Source: Pirellula staleyi DSM 6068
GTDB lineage: Bacteria > Planctomycetota > Planctomycetia > Pirellulales > Pirellulaceae
Direction: 5' to 3'
Assembly: GCA_000025185.1 (NCBI GenBank)
Contig: CP001848.1
Coordinates: 3,240,001-3,272,000 of the forward strand
Length of the DNA stretch: 32,000 nt
Shown: positions 9,000 to 16,400 of the stretch, one piece after another
Position numbering within the stretch: position 1 is the stretch's first letter
Layout of the letters: each line of letters begins with the position of its first letter
Notes under the pieces: model-generated
Database searches by the model: none
The model's input: only the letters and a program-made list of their open reading frames with translations
What the model was told of the DNA's origin: nothing
Translations under genes and position numbers: made by a program

Positions 9000-9169
9000 T
9001 GTCACACGAAAAAAAGTTCGCTCCCTCGCCCGCAACCGAGCTTGTCACACCTTAGTGTACTCCAGCTGACCTTTGTTAACGTCCGAGTCGCTGATTTATT
9101 GCAAAAAACGCCTGGAAAACAGGGGGTGAGCTGATCGTTTGGAAAAACTTGTCCAGTTCGCGTGTGACA
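9000..9169. promoter_or_regulatory. Divergent intergenic region holding three copies of the octamer GTGTGACA, each pointing toward its nearest gene
   Basis: TGTCACAC occurs at 9000-9007 and 9043-9050; both read GTGTGACA toward the minus-strand sigma gene. GTGTGACA occurs at 9162-9169, reading toward the plus-strand gene at 9308. Function (promoter element or operator) is not established. Confidence 0.3.
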
Positions 9170-9307
9170 GCGAAACGTTGTGCACGTCCTAGCCACTTAG
9201 GTGACGAACTTCGGTTGGTGGACAGAGAGAGGCCGAAGATGGTCCCCGCAATCCGCCTCTTGCGAGGCAACTCTTCTCTTCGTGCTCATCTGAAAGTGGG
9301 GTGTCGG

Positions 9308-9796
9308 ATGTCTCGTATCAACGTGCGCCAGTGCGTCGTGTTGTCGGGAGTGATCCTCGGAACGCTGCTGCTGGTCGACCCAGCCAGTGCCCAGTGCCAA
9401 GGAGGTGGTTCTCGCGGCGGAGGTCAAACCTCGACTGCTACCACCACAGCCAGCAGCGGAACTTCGTCGAGCGGGGCTGTAGTGTTCACGAGCCCAGGTT
9501 CGTGGATGTACGAGCAGCAAATGCTGGCTCAAGCCGAACAGCAGCGCCGGCAGATGCTGGCGCAAGCAGTTGCGGCCTATCAGGCGAAGAAGGCTCAGCA
9601 GGAAGCTCAGCGGCGCTACTATGTTGCGCAGCGTCGCGATCAGGAACTTGCCCGTCGGCAGCGGATGCGCGACTTCTTAGCCTCGCAAAACGGCGCGCAG
9701 CAAGTGCAAGCTCGACCAAGCTTCAGCGCTTCGTATGCGTCGTCGTATGGGCAAAATCTCTACCGTCCCGCAAGTTTCGTGGCCACCAATCGGTAG
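9308..9796 (+). CDS. Small secreted protein with a Gly/Ser/Thr-rich linker and a Gln/Arg/Ala-rich helical region
   Basis: The ATG at 9308 gives MSRINVRQCVVLSGVILGTLLLVDPASAQ, a signal peptide with an A-S-A cleavage-like site. Then comes GGGSRGGGQTSTATTTASSGTSSSG, then QQMLAQAEQQRRQMLAQAVAAYQAKKAQQEAQRRYYVAQRRDQELARRQRMR. The ORF track start at 9149 adds an implausible Arg-rich leader. Confidence 0.6.
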   Translation: MSRINVRQCVVLSGVILGTLLLVDPASAQCQGGGSRGGGQTSTATTTASSGTSSSGAVVFTSPGSWMYEQQMLAQAEQQRRQMLAQAVAAYQAKKAQQEAQRRYYVAQRRDQELARRQRMRDFLASQNGAQQVQARPSFSASYASSYGQNLYRPASFVATNR

Positions 9797-9943
9797 CCAA
9801 TCTGTCACGGGCCATCGGCCAGTCTTGGATGCTCCCTAAACGGCAACTGCGCTACCGCTGCGCAGTTGCCGAATATCTCGCCCCGCTCGTTGCAGTTTTT
9901 TGGACAACATTTTTCAACCTACTACTCCCAGAGGTAGCTCAAC

Positions 9944-10987
9944 ATGTCGCGACGTTTGTGGAATGTGATCGAACAGCTCGAAAATCGGACCTGCATGGCG
10001 GTCGACTTCGAAGTCTCCAGTGGCGGTGATCTGCTCATTAGTGGCACCGCCGATGGGGCCGTCGTGATTCGCGCCACAGCCGCATCGACCTTCGAAATCT
10101 CCGACAATGGTGTAGTGATCGGCACTGCTGAAGCGGTTACCGACGATATTCAAATCGACATCGACGACGAAGGAGTTGCCGACAACAGCGTAACGCTCGA
10201 TCTCAACGGCCAAGCAGTCGATGCGGTGCTGGCCAAACTCGGTGATGGCGATAATCAGCTCACCATCACCGGTGGAACAGTCACCGGGAATGTCGCCATC
10301 GTGACAGGGAGTGGCGACGACACGATCACAATCGACGAATCGGCTACGCTCGAAAAATCGCTGATCGTGAATGCTGGGGCCGGGGATAATGTCGTGACGA
10401 TCAGCGGCGACGTCGCCCGGGATGTGCTGATTGCCACCGCCAGTGGCGACGACAGTGTGACACTCTCCGCTGGCGCTGCGATCGGTCGTTCGCTCGTCGT
10501 AAAACTTGGGAGTGGCGACAACACAGCCACCATCGGTGGATCGGTGCTACGCGACTTGGCGATCTCCGGCGGTGTCGGCGACGATTTGATTACGCTGCTG
10601 GCGGAATCCTCCGTTGGGCGTTCGGCGGCGATTCTCACCGGCGCGGGCGACGACACGGTCGACGTTTCCGGGACTGTGATCGGCAGCCTCTGGTCGAATC
10701 TTGGCGAGGGGGACGATACGCTCGCACTCAGCTCCACCAGCAACTTGGGAGGCTCGCTTAGCGCGCGGCTCGGCACAGGCGCTAACAGTGCCACGATCGA
10801 TGGCAATATCGACGGCGACCTGTCGATCACCTCTGCCACTGCCGAGGATTCGGTAACGATCAGCGACACTGCCACTCTTGGGGGCGAGACAAACCTCACG
10901 CTCGGCGAAGAATCGTCGCAGGGAAGCAAAGGGCGCGGTGGTTCTGGACGAGGTATGGGCGGTCGACGGGGGCCGATGTTTCGCTAA
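9944..10987 (+). CDS. Secreted repeat protein (predicted beta-helix or beta-roll-like) with about ten 21-23-aa G-x-G-D-D/N repeats
   Basis: The N-terminus carries IEQLENRTCMA (LExR-type motif). The body is periodic: KLGDGDNQLTITGG.., TGSGDDTITIDES.., AGAGDNVVTISGD.., TASGDDSVTLSAG.., KLGSGDNTATIGGS.., GGVGDDLITLLAE.., TGAGDDTVDVSGT.., LGEGDDTLALSST... The tail is Gly/Arg-rich: GRGGSGRGMGGRRGPMFR. Confidence 0.7.
   Translation: MSRRLWNVIEQLENRTCMAVDFEVSSGGDLLISGTADGAVVIRATAASTFEISDNGVVIGTAEAVTDDIQIDIDDEGVADNSVTLDLNGQAVDAVLAKLGDGDNQLTITGGTVTGNVAIVTGSGDDTITIDESATLEKSLIVNAGAGDNVVTISGDVARDVLIATASGDDSVTLSAGAAIGRSLVVKLGSGDNTATIGGSVLRDLAISGGVGDDLITLLAESSVGRSAAILTGAGDDTVDVSGTVIGSLWSNLGEGDDTLALSSTSNLGGSLSARLGTGANSATIDGNIDGDLSITSATAEDSVTISDTATLGGETNLTLGEESSQGSKGRGGSGRGMGGRRGPMFR
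10235..10903 (+). repeat. Degenerate intragenic tandem repeat array (~63-69 nt unit, ~10 copies) encoding the GDD/GDN repeats
   Basis: The repeats are seen at protein level, aa 98-320 of the 9944-10987 product. GDN-type and GDD-type units alternate in the first six repeats. The long mirror ORF on the opposite strand (10255-10929) is a by-product of this periodicity. Confidence 0.7.
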
Positions 10988-11024
10988 GGGACGCTTCTGA
11001 TAACTCGGTGTCGGGAGGGATGAT

Positions 11025-11063
11025 CGCTCGTGGATGCTGGCAGATGGAGCGAGCATCCGAGCG
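11025..11063 (+). terminator. Candidate stem-loop downstream of the repeat-protein gene
   Basis: CGCTCGTGGATGCT (11025-11038) pairs with AGCATCCGAGCG (11052-11063): 12 bp with a 2-nt bulge and a 13-nt loop. No U-tract follows, so the terminator function is uncertain. Confidence 0.25.
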
Positions 11064-11212
11064 GAAAACAGCGGGAAAACTCACGATTTTGACCAAAGGT
11101 GTCGGAGCTTTGGTGAGCAGCGCTGTATGATGAAGTGCAGGGGAATGCGGCTCGTTCCGATAGGCCGGAGAAAGACGCACGCACCAACCAGGCCACTGTT
11201 CTGACGGGAGCA

Positions 11213-12154
11213 ATGCCGATGAGCACCGAGATCGAAAACCGCGAGCATCCGCGAGCCACAACGGCTATCGTCGAACAAGCGTCGCGCGTGATTGGGGCCA
11301 ATCGTCGTCGGTTGGGGTTTGTGCAAAATGCATCGGCCCTCACACGAGCAAGTGGTACGATCGAAGTCGCCACGGCGACCTCGCGCGGCGCTAGCTGGAT
11401 GGAAGTCGACCCCAAATATCTTGGTACACGTGCGGCGGCTGATTTGCTCGCGCGCATTCAGCAACTCGAGCACTGGCTGCGCGATCAACCGGCACGCGTC
11501 GACTACTGTCGTGAACTAGCGGCTCTCTATCTCGAAAAACAGCGCGACTACGAAGCCGAACGACTTCTCGTCCGCACCCTCGAGCACACGGCCAAAGACC
11601 CACAAGTCTTGAGCATGCTCGAGGACGTAAAAATCTATCGCATGTCGCTCAAGCTAGTCGCTGTCGAAGCCGATGCGGCCCACGATCCCTCACCAGCCAA
11701 TCAGGCGATTGTCGAAGAGACGCGCAAGCAGCGCGATCGTCTCGAGATTGATGTCTTCAGTGCGCGAATGAAGCGCGAGCCCGATAACATGGTCCTTTCG
11801 TTCGAGTTTGGTTGCCGCCTCAAACGGGGTGGCGAGTTCGCCGAAGCGCGACCTCATCTTGAACGGGCGTTACATGCGCCACAGCTCGCCGCCGCCGCTG
11901 CCCTCGAACTCGGGGAATGCTGGGAACGCTCCGGACGTTTTGCCGAAGCACTCAAAGCCTACCGCTCCGCTGCCGATGCGATCGCCGATGATTCTCAGGC
12001 CGATTGCCGCACCGATGCTTTGCTCCGCGCCAGCAGCATCGCAGCCGATTTGAAGCTACCGAATTTAGCCCGGCGCTATCTCGGTTGGCTGCTGCAAATC
12101 GACCCCGATCATCGCGGCGCAGCGACGTTGCTCGAGCGTCTCGAGCGGATCTAA
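11213..12154 (+). CDS. TPR-like helical repeat protein, first gene of the candidate T7SS-like operon
   Basis: Helical repeat sequence with TPR-like A/L/Y spacing (CRELAALYLEKQRDYEAERLLVRTLE..., ALELGECWERSGRFAEALKAYRSAADA..., LARRYLGWLLQIDPDH). No signal peptide. The gene ends 71 nt before the first WXG100-like gene on the same strand. The start is ambiguous: 11135 in the ORF track, ATG 11213 preferred. Confidence 0.6.
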   Translation: MPMSTEIENREHPRATTAIVEQASRVIGANRRRLGFVQNASALTRASGTIEVATATSRGASWMEVDPKYLGTRAAADLLARIQQLEHWLRDQPARVDYCRELAALYLEKQRDYEAERLLVRTLEHTAKDPQVLSMLEDVKIYRMSLKLVAVEADAAHDPSPANQAIVEETRKQRDRLEIDVFSARMKREPDNMVLSFEFGCRLKRGGEFAEARPHLERALHAPQLAAAAALELGECWERSGRFAEALKAYRSAADAIADDSQADCRTDALLRASSIAADLKLPNLARRYLGWLLQIDPDHRGAATLLERLERI

Positions 12155-12225
12155 GTGACGGATTGATGCTTCGCCCGCAGCCCATTTTTCATGACAACCT
12201 AAGTCTCTTCCTCGGAGTTTGTCCC

Positions 12226-12495
12226 ATGACGCAAGCTGTTGTCGATCCTGAAGAACTTCGTCAGTTTGCTCAAAATCTCAAGCGATTTAACGCTCAGTTA
12301 CGGGAAAAAGCGACAGCGCTTGGTAACCAGCTGGCGACCTTGAGTGGATCGTGGCGCGATCAAGAGCACAAAAAGTTTGTGGATCAATTCGAAACCAACA
12401 TGAAGGTGCTGATGAGGTTCACGGAAACCGCCGACGAGTACGTTCCTTACCTGCTCCGCAAAGCAACGCACATCGAAGACTACCTCCAGTCGTAA
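12226..12495 (+). CDS. WXG100-like small helical protein (ESAT-6/EsxA-like) with W-R-D in place of W-x-G
   Basis: 89 aa: MTQAVVDPEELRQFAQNLKRFNAQLREKATALGNQLATLSGSWRDQEHKKFVDQFETNMKVLMRFTETADEYVPYLLRKATHIEDYLQS. It matches the WXG100 layout: an N-terminal 'V.PEELR..A' opening, a central W-x-(G/D)-x3-4-F turn (WRD at 12352-12360), a two-helix hairpin length of ~90-100 aa, and genomic linkage to an FtsK/SpoIIIE ATPase. GGAG lies 8 nt upstream of the ATG. The ORF track start at 12004 overlaps the TPR gene and was rejected. Confidence 0.7.
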   Translation: MTQAVVDPEELRQFAQNLKRFNAQLREKATALGNQLATLSGSWRDQEHKKFVDQFETNMKVLMRFTETADEYVPYLLRKATHIEDYLQS

Positions 12496-12558
12496 CGCAT
12501 CACGTATCGCACAGACAATACAACTTCGGCCCATCTCATCCCTTGGGGAATCGCTGCT

Positions 12559-13107
12559 GTGGCTAAGCAAGCCCAACTGACTTCGATCGAAGTGCTGCAA
12601 GTGCTTCGCGCCGAACTCATCAAGTTCGAGGCCGCAGTGCGCGAAACGCTTGTCTCGATCGAGATCACCGCGACTCGTCCCCTCGAGTGGGTCGAGCACG
12701 AACGGAGCCGCTATTGGCCGAAGCAGTTCCAGCAAGCCTCCGATCGATTGAGCGAATCGCGCGTCGCCCTCGATCGCTGCGAACTTGCGTCGGCGACCGA
12801 CGAGCGGCGCTACTGCTACGAAGAGCGCAAGGCGCTGCAGCGTGCTAAAGAACGCGTCCATCTGACCGAAGACAAAGTTCAAGCGGTGCGGCGCTGGCGC
12901 GTCTTGCTACGCAAAGAACTCGATGAGTTCCTCGTGCAAACAGCTCGCACGCGGCTGTTTCTCGATAGCGAGGTGCAGCAGGCCATCGCTTCGCTCCGCA
13001 ACATGTCAGAGGCACTCGATCGCTATGTCGAGCAGCGTGGTCCGCAGCCTACATCGAGTCCAGTTGGTGGAAGCGAAGGTGCGCCGAGTCAGGAGCCAAG
13101 TGTATGA
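12559..13107 (+). CDS. Hypothetical all-helical 182-aa protein between the two WXG100-like genes
   Basis: GTG start. The sequence is heptad-like and charged (LQVLRAELIKFEAAVRETL ... RYWPKQFQQASDRLSESRVALD ... RKALQRAKERVHLTEDKVQAVRRWRVLLRKELDEFLVQ ... ASLRNMSEALDRYVEQ). No TM segment or signal peptide. Its stop overlaps the next ATG as ATGA (13104-13107). Confidence 0.6.
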   Translation: MAKQAQLTSIEVLQVLRAELIKFEAAVRETLVSIEITATRPLEWVEHERSRYWPKQFQQASDRLSESRVALDRCELASATDERRYCYEERKALQRAKERVHLTEDKVQAVRRWRVLLRKELDEFLVQTARTRLFLDSEVQQAIASLRNMSEALDRYVEQRGPQPTSSPVGGSEGAPSQEPSV

Positions 13108-13355
13108 AATTCGCTTATTTCAGCGATGAAATGGGGCAGTTGTCGCAGGCCTTTGGCAAACTCAATGAGTGCTTCCACGAAGTCCGCTCGCACTGGAACG
13201 ATGCCGCCGCCCACGACTTTGAGCGCGAGCATCTGCAGCCCATCGCGCCGCAACTGAAGTTGCTGATGAACTCGATGCAACGCTTCGGCGATGTGGTCCG
13301 TCAGATGCACCAAGAACTCGACGATCCCGCCCGTCATGAATCGATGGGCGATTGA
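13104..13355 (+). CDS. Second WXG100-like small helical protein, with W-N-D in place of W-x-G
   Basis: 83 aa: MKFAYFSDEMGQLSQAFGKLNECFHEVRSHWNDAAAHDFEREHLQPIAPQLKLLMNSMQRFGDVVRQMHQELDDPARHESMGD. The central W-N-D-A-A-A-x-x-F (WND at 13194-13202) mirrors the W-x-G-x-A-x-x-A-F core of WXG100 proteins. Size and position fit, being translationally coupled to the upstream gene and lying immediately upstream of the ATPase. It is weaker than the first copy because the first helix is shorter. Confidence 0.6.
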   Translation: MKFAYFSDEMGQLSQAFGKLNECFHEVRSHWNDAAAHDFEREHLQPIAPQLKLLMNSMQRFGDVVRQMHQELDDPARHESMGD

Positions 13356-13441
13356 TTCCTCCCCTGATTGTTTTCCAAGAACGCAGCACGATCCTGCCAT
13401 TGTCCAACTGATTTTTCCATGCTGCAGAAAGAGAACCTGTC

Positions 13442-16400
13442 GTGACCACCACTTCGATTTCCATCGAGCGTCAACGACAAATTGTGGCGACCCTTGGTAC
13501 GCTGGCGAGCGATCATGCGGAGCAACTCCGTGCGATCGATCAAGCCTGTAAGACGCTGCAAGACTCGGAGCAACGACTCGCCGCAGATGAGATGGCGCGC
13601 GTCTCTGCCGAGTTCGAGAAAAAGCATGCCCAGCAGATTGCGACTTACAAACAGCAGCGCGATATGGCGCTCGCGCGCTACGAGCATGAAGGGATCGCGG
13701 TGTTTCAGGCTGAGCGAACTGCGCTCGAGGAAGAGAACACGCGTCACACCGAAGCCCGTGAAGTGATGCGCACCGTGCGTCAGCACGCGATCAGCGAGGT
13801 GCAGGAGGAATTTCGCAAGGCACAAATCGCGCCGAAGGTCAACGCCGCGCAGTTCCAGCAGCAATGTGAGTACAGCAGCAGCGAAGTGAGCGCGCTGGTC
13901 GTCAAGGCGCAGAGTATTGTGCGGCGTCGTTGCGACTGGCCCGAGTCCCCTCCAGCCCCCCGTGTTCCAGGGCTCTTTACCAAACAGCAGTGCGTCGACC
14001 GCTACACCGTTGCGCTCGCCAAGGCCTATGAAAAAGTGCATGCCTTGCAGCATCAGCCGAGCGCTCGTGTCGCTGAAGATGGTTGGCCCATTCTGATCGG
14101 CCTCTTCACGATTCCGATTCTCGGCTATCCCGCGTGGCTCCTCGTGGGAGAGTATGGCTGGTGGGTCGCGGCGATACTTACGGTGTTCGTCGCTTCGCTC
14201 GTGGCGGTGGCTGTTGTGCTAATCATGCGGCCGATTGCTCGCCGCGAAACGCTGCGGCTCGTTCCCGAGTTTCAAGCCGCCATCGATGAAGCACGCGATG
14301 CACTCATGGCTTCGCTCGAAGCATCACGACGCGAATTGGCTGAAGAACAGCAGCGCATTTTAGCCAAACGCGATACCGACACGCTCGCCGCCAAGAGTGC
14401 CTACAAACAATCCAAGGCCGACGAAAAACTCGCGCATCAGGCCAATATCACACGGATTATCAACGACGCCGAGAACAAACGGCTAGCAATCGAGAACCGT
14501 CTCGAACCGCTGATGAACAAGATCGAGCAGACCTATCCGCCGCAAATCACCGAGCTTGAAGTGAAGTTTGCTGCCCAGCTGCAGGAGTTGGCTACGGCCT
14601 GCGATGCAGCGGTGGAAAAAGCCGAGCTTAATCGTCAGTCGCAAGTGACAGCCGCCAATGCTGCGATGAAAACGACACTCGCCACGTTGCTTGCTGAAGC
14701 GGAGGCGATGCAGCAGCGCGTCGACCAGTGGTGCCCACCTCTTTCGAGCGAAGCTCTGCCCACGCCGGCGGTCGATGTCGAGGCTCTGCGGCTCGGTGAA
14801 TTTCAGCTCGAACTTCCCAGGCTCGATGCGGCGGCGATCGATCCCAGCACGCTCGATATCGCGATTCCCGCGTCGCTGCGACTTCCGGCAGTTCTCTCCT
14901 ACCCCTCGCTCCCTTCGCTGCTGATCAAGGCCGAAGAAGAAGGACGCGATCAAGCCGCGCGGGTGATACAAGCCGCGATTCTGCGACTACTCGCCACGTT
15001 TCCACCAGGAAAAGTGCGGTTCACGATTATCGATCCCGTGGGACTTGGCGAGAACTTTTCCGCGCTCATGCATCTGGCCGATTTCGACGAGCGTTTGGTG
15101 CACAGCCGAATTTGGACCGAGTCGAATCATATTCAGCAGCGGTTGGCCGATCTCACCGCGCACATGGAGAACGTGATTCAGAAATACTTGCGCAACGAGT
15201 TCGATTCGATTCAGCAGTACAATCAGCAAGCGGGGGAAGTGGCCGAAGCGTATCAGATTCTTGTGATCGCGAATTTCCCCGCGAATTTCTCGGAAGAAGC
15301 GGTCCGCCGACTCCTGAGCATCACCGCTAGTGGCGCACGATGCGGTGTTTTCACCCTCATCAGCTACGATCGCAAACTCAAATCGCCACGACCCTTCGAC
15401 GAAGCTGATCTAGGGCGCAGTTCGCATGTGCTGGAGTGGGATTCGAAGCTGCAGCATTTCCGCTCGCAGATGGAAGGTCTCACGCATGTTCCGCTGGTGC
15501 TCGACACGCCCCCAAGCGACGAAGAATCGACCGCCATCATTCGGACGATTGGCCAGCGTGCGCGTCACGCCGCGCGCGTGGAAGTCCCCTTCAGCTACGT
15601 AATTCCCGGCGAAGAGAAATGGTGGACCGGTGACAGTCGCAGTGGAATCGATGTTCCGCTCGGACGCGCAGGGGCCAAAAACTTGCAGTACATGCGACTC
15701 GGGAAAGGGACTTCACAACATGTGCTGATCTCCGGCAAAACAGGCTCCGGTAAATCGACGCTGCTCAACGCCATCATCACGAATCTGGCACTCCACTACT
15801 CGCCCGACGAGCTCGAGTTTTTTCTGATCGACTTTAAGAAGGGGGTGGAATTTAAAGCGTATGCCACCTGCCGTTTGCCGCACGCACGGGTGATCGCCAT
15901 TGAAAGCGAACGTGAGTTTGGCATGAGTGTGCTTGAGCGACTCGATCTGGAACTGAAGCGACGCGGCGATCTGTTTCGGCAAAAGGGGACGCAAGATCTG
16001 GCCAGTTTTCGCTCGGCTGCCCCCGAGGTGGTGATGCCCCGCGTGCTGCTTGTGATCGACGAATTTCAAGAGTTTTTCACCTCCGACGACCGTGTTTCGC
16101 ACGACGCAGCGCTGCTGCTCGATCGCTTGGTGCGACAAGGTCGAGCGTTTGGCATTCATGTGCTGCTCGGCTCGCAAACGCTGAGCGGTGCCTATTCACT
16201 CGCGCGTAGTACGATTGGCCAAATGGCGGTTCGTGTGGCGCTGCAGTGCAGCGAGTCGGATGCCCACTTAATCCTCAGCGAAGATAACACCGCTGCTCGT
16301 CTGCTGAGTCGCCCCGGCGAAGCGATTTACAACGACGCCAACGGTTTGGTCGAAGGGAATCATCCGTTTCAAGTGGTGTGGCTCCCCGATGAAGAGCGCG

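Noticed and set aside
10255-10929. 224-aa ORF on the minus strand covering the GDD/GDN repeat region
   Set aside because: It is the mirror image of the periodic plus-strand repeat gene. The product is S/P/V-rich low-complexity sequence with no motifs. The plus-strand reading gives a coherent repeat protein with an N-terminal motif and defined ends.
12004-12225. 5' extension of the first WXG100-like ORF (163-aa version)
   Set aside because: The extension overlaps the 3' end of the TPR gene and encodes Arg/Ser-rich sequence. The internal ATG at 12226 has a GGAG 8 nt upstream and yields the ~90-aa size typical of the family.
13290-13355. C-terminal MHQELDDPARH of the second WXG-like protein as a firmicute-type HxxxD/ExxhxxxH export signal
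   Set aside because: The spacing does not fit the published motif: only four residues separate the Asp from the second His. I also could not find a YxxxD/E motif in either small protein. It is noted as a similarity only, not as evidence.
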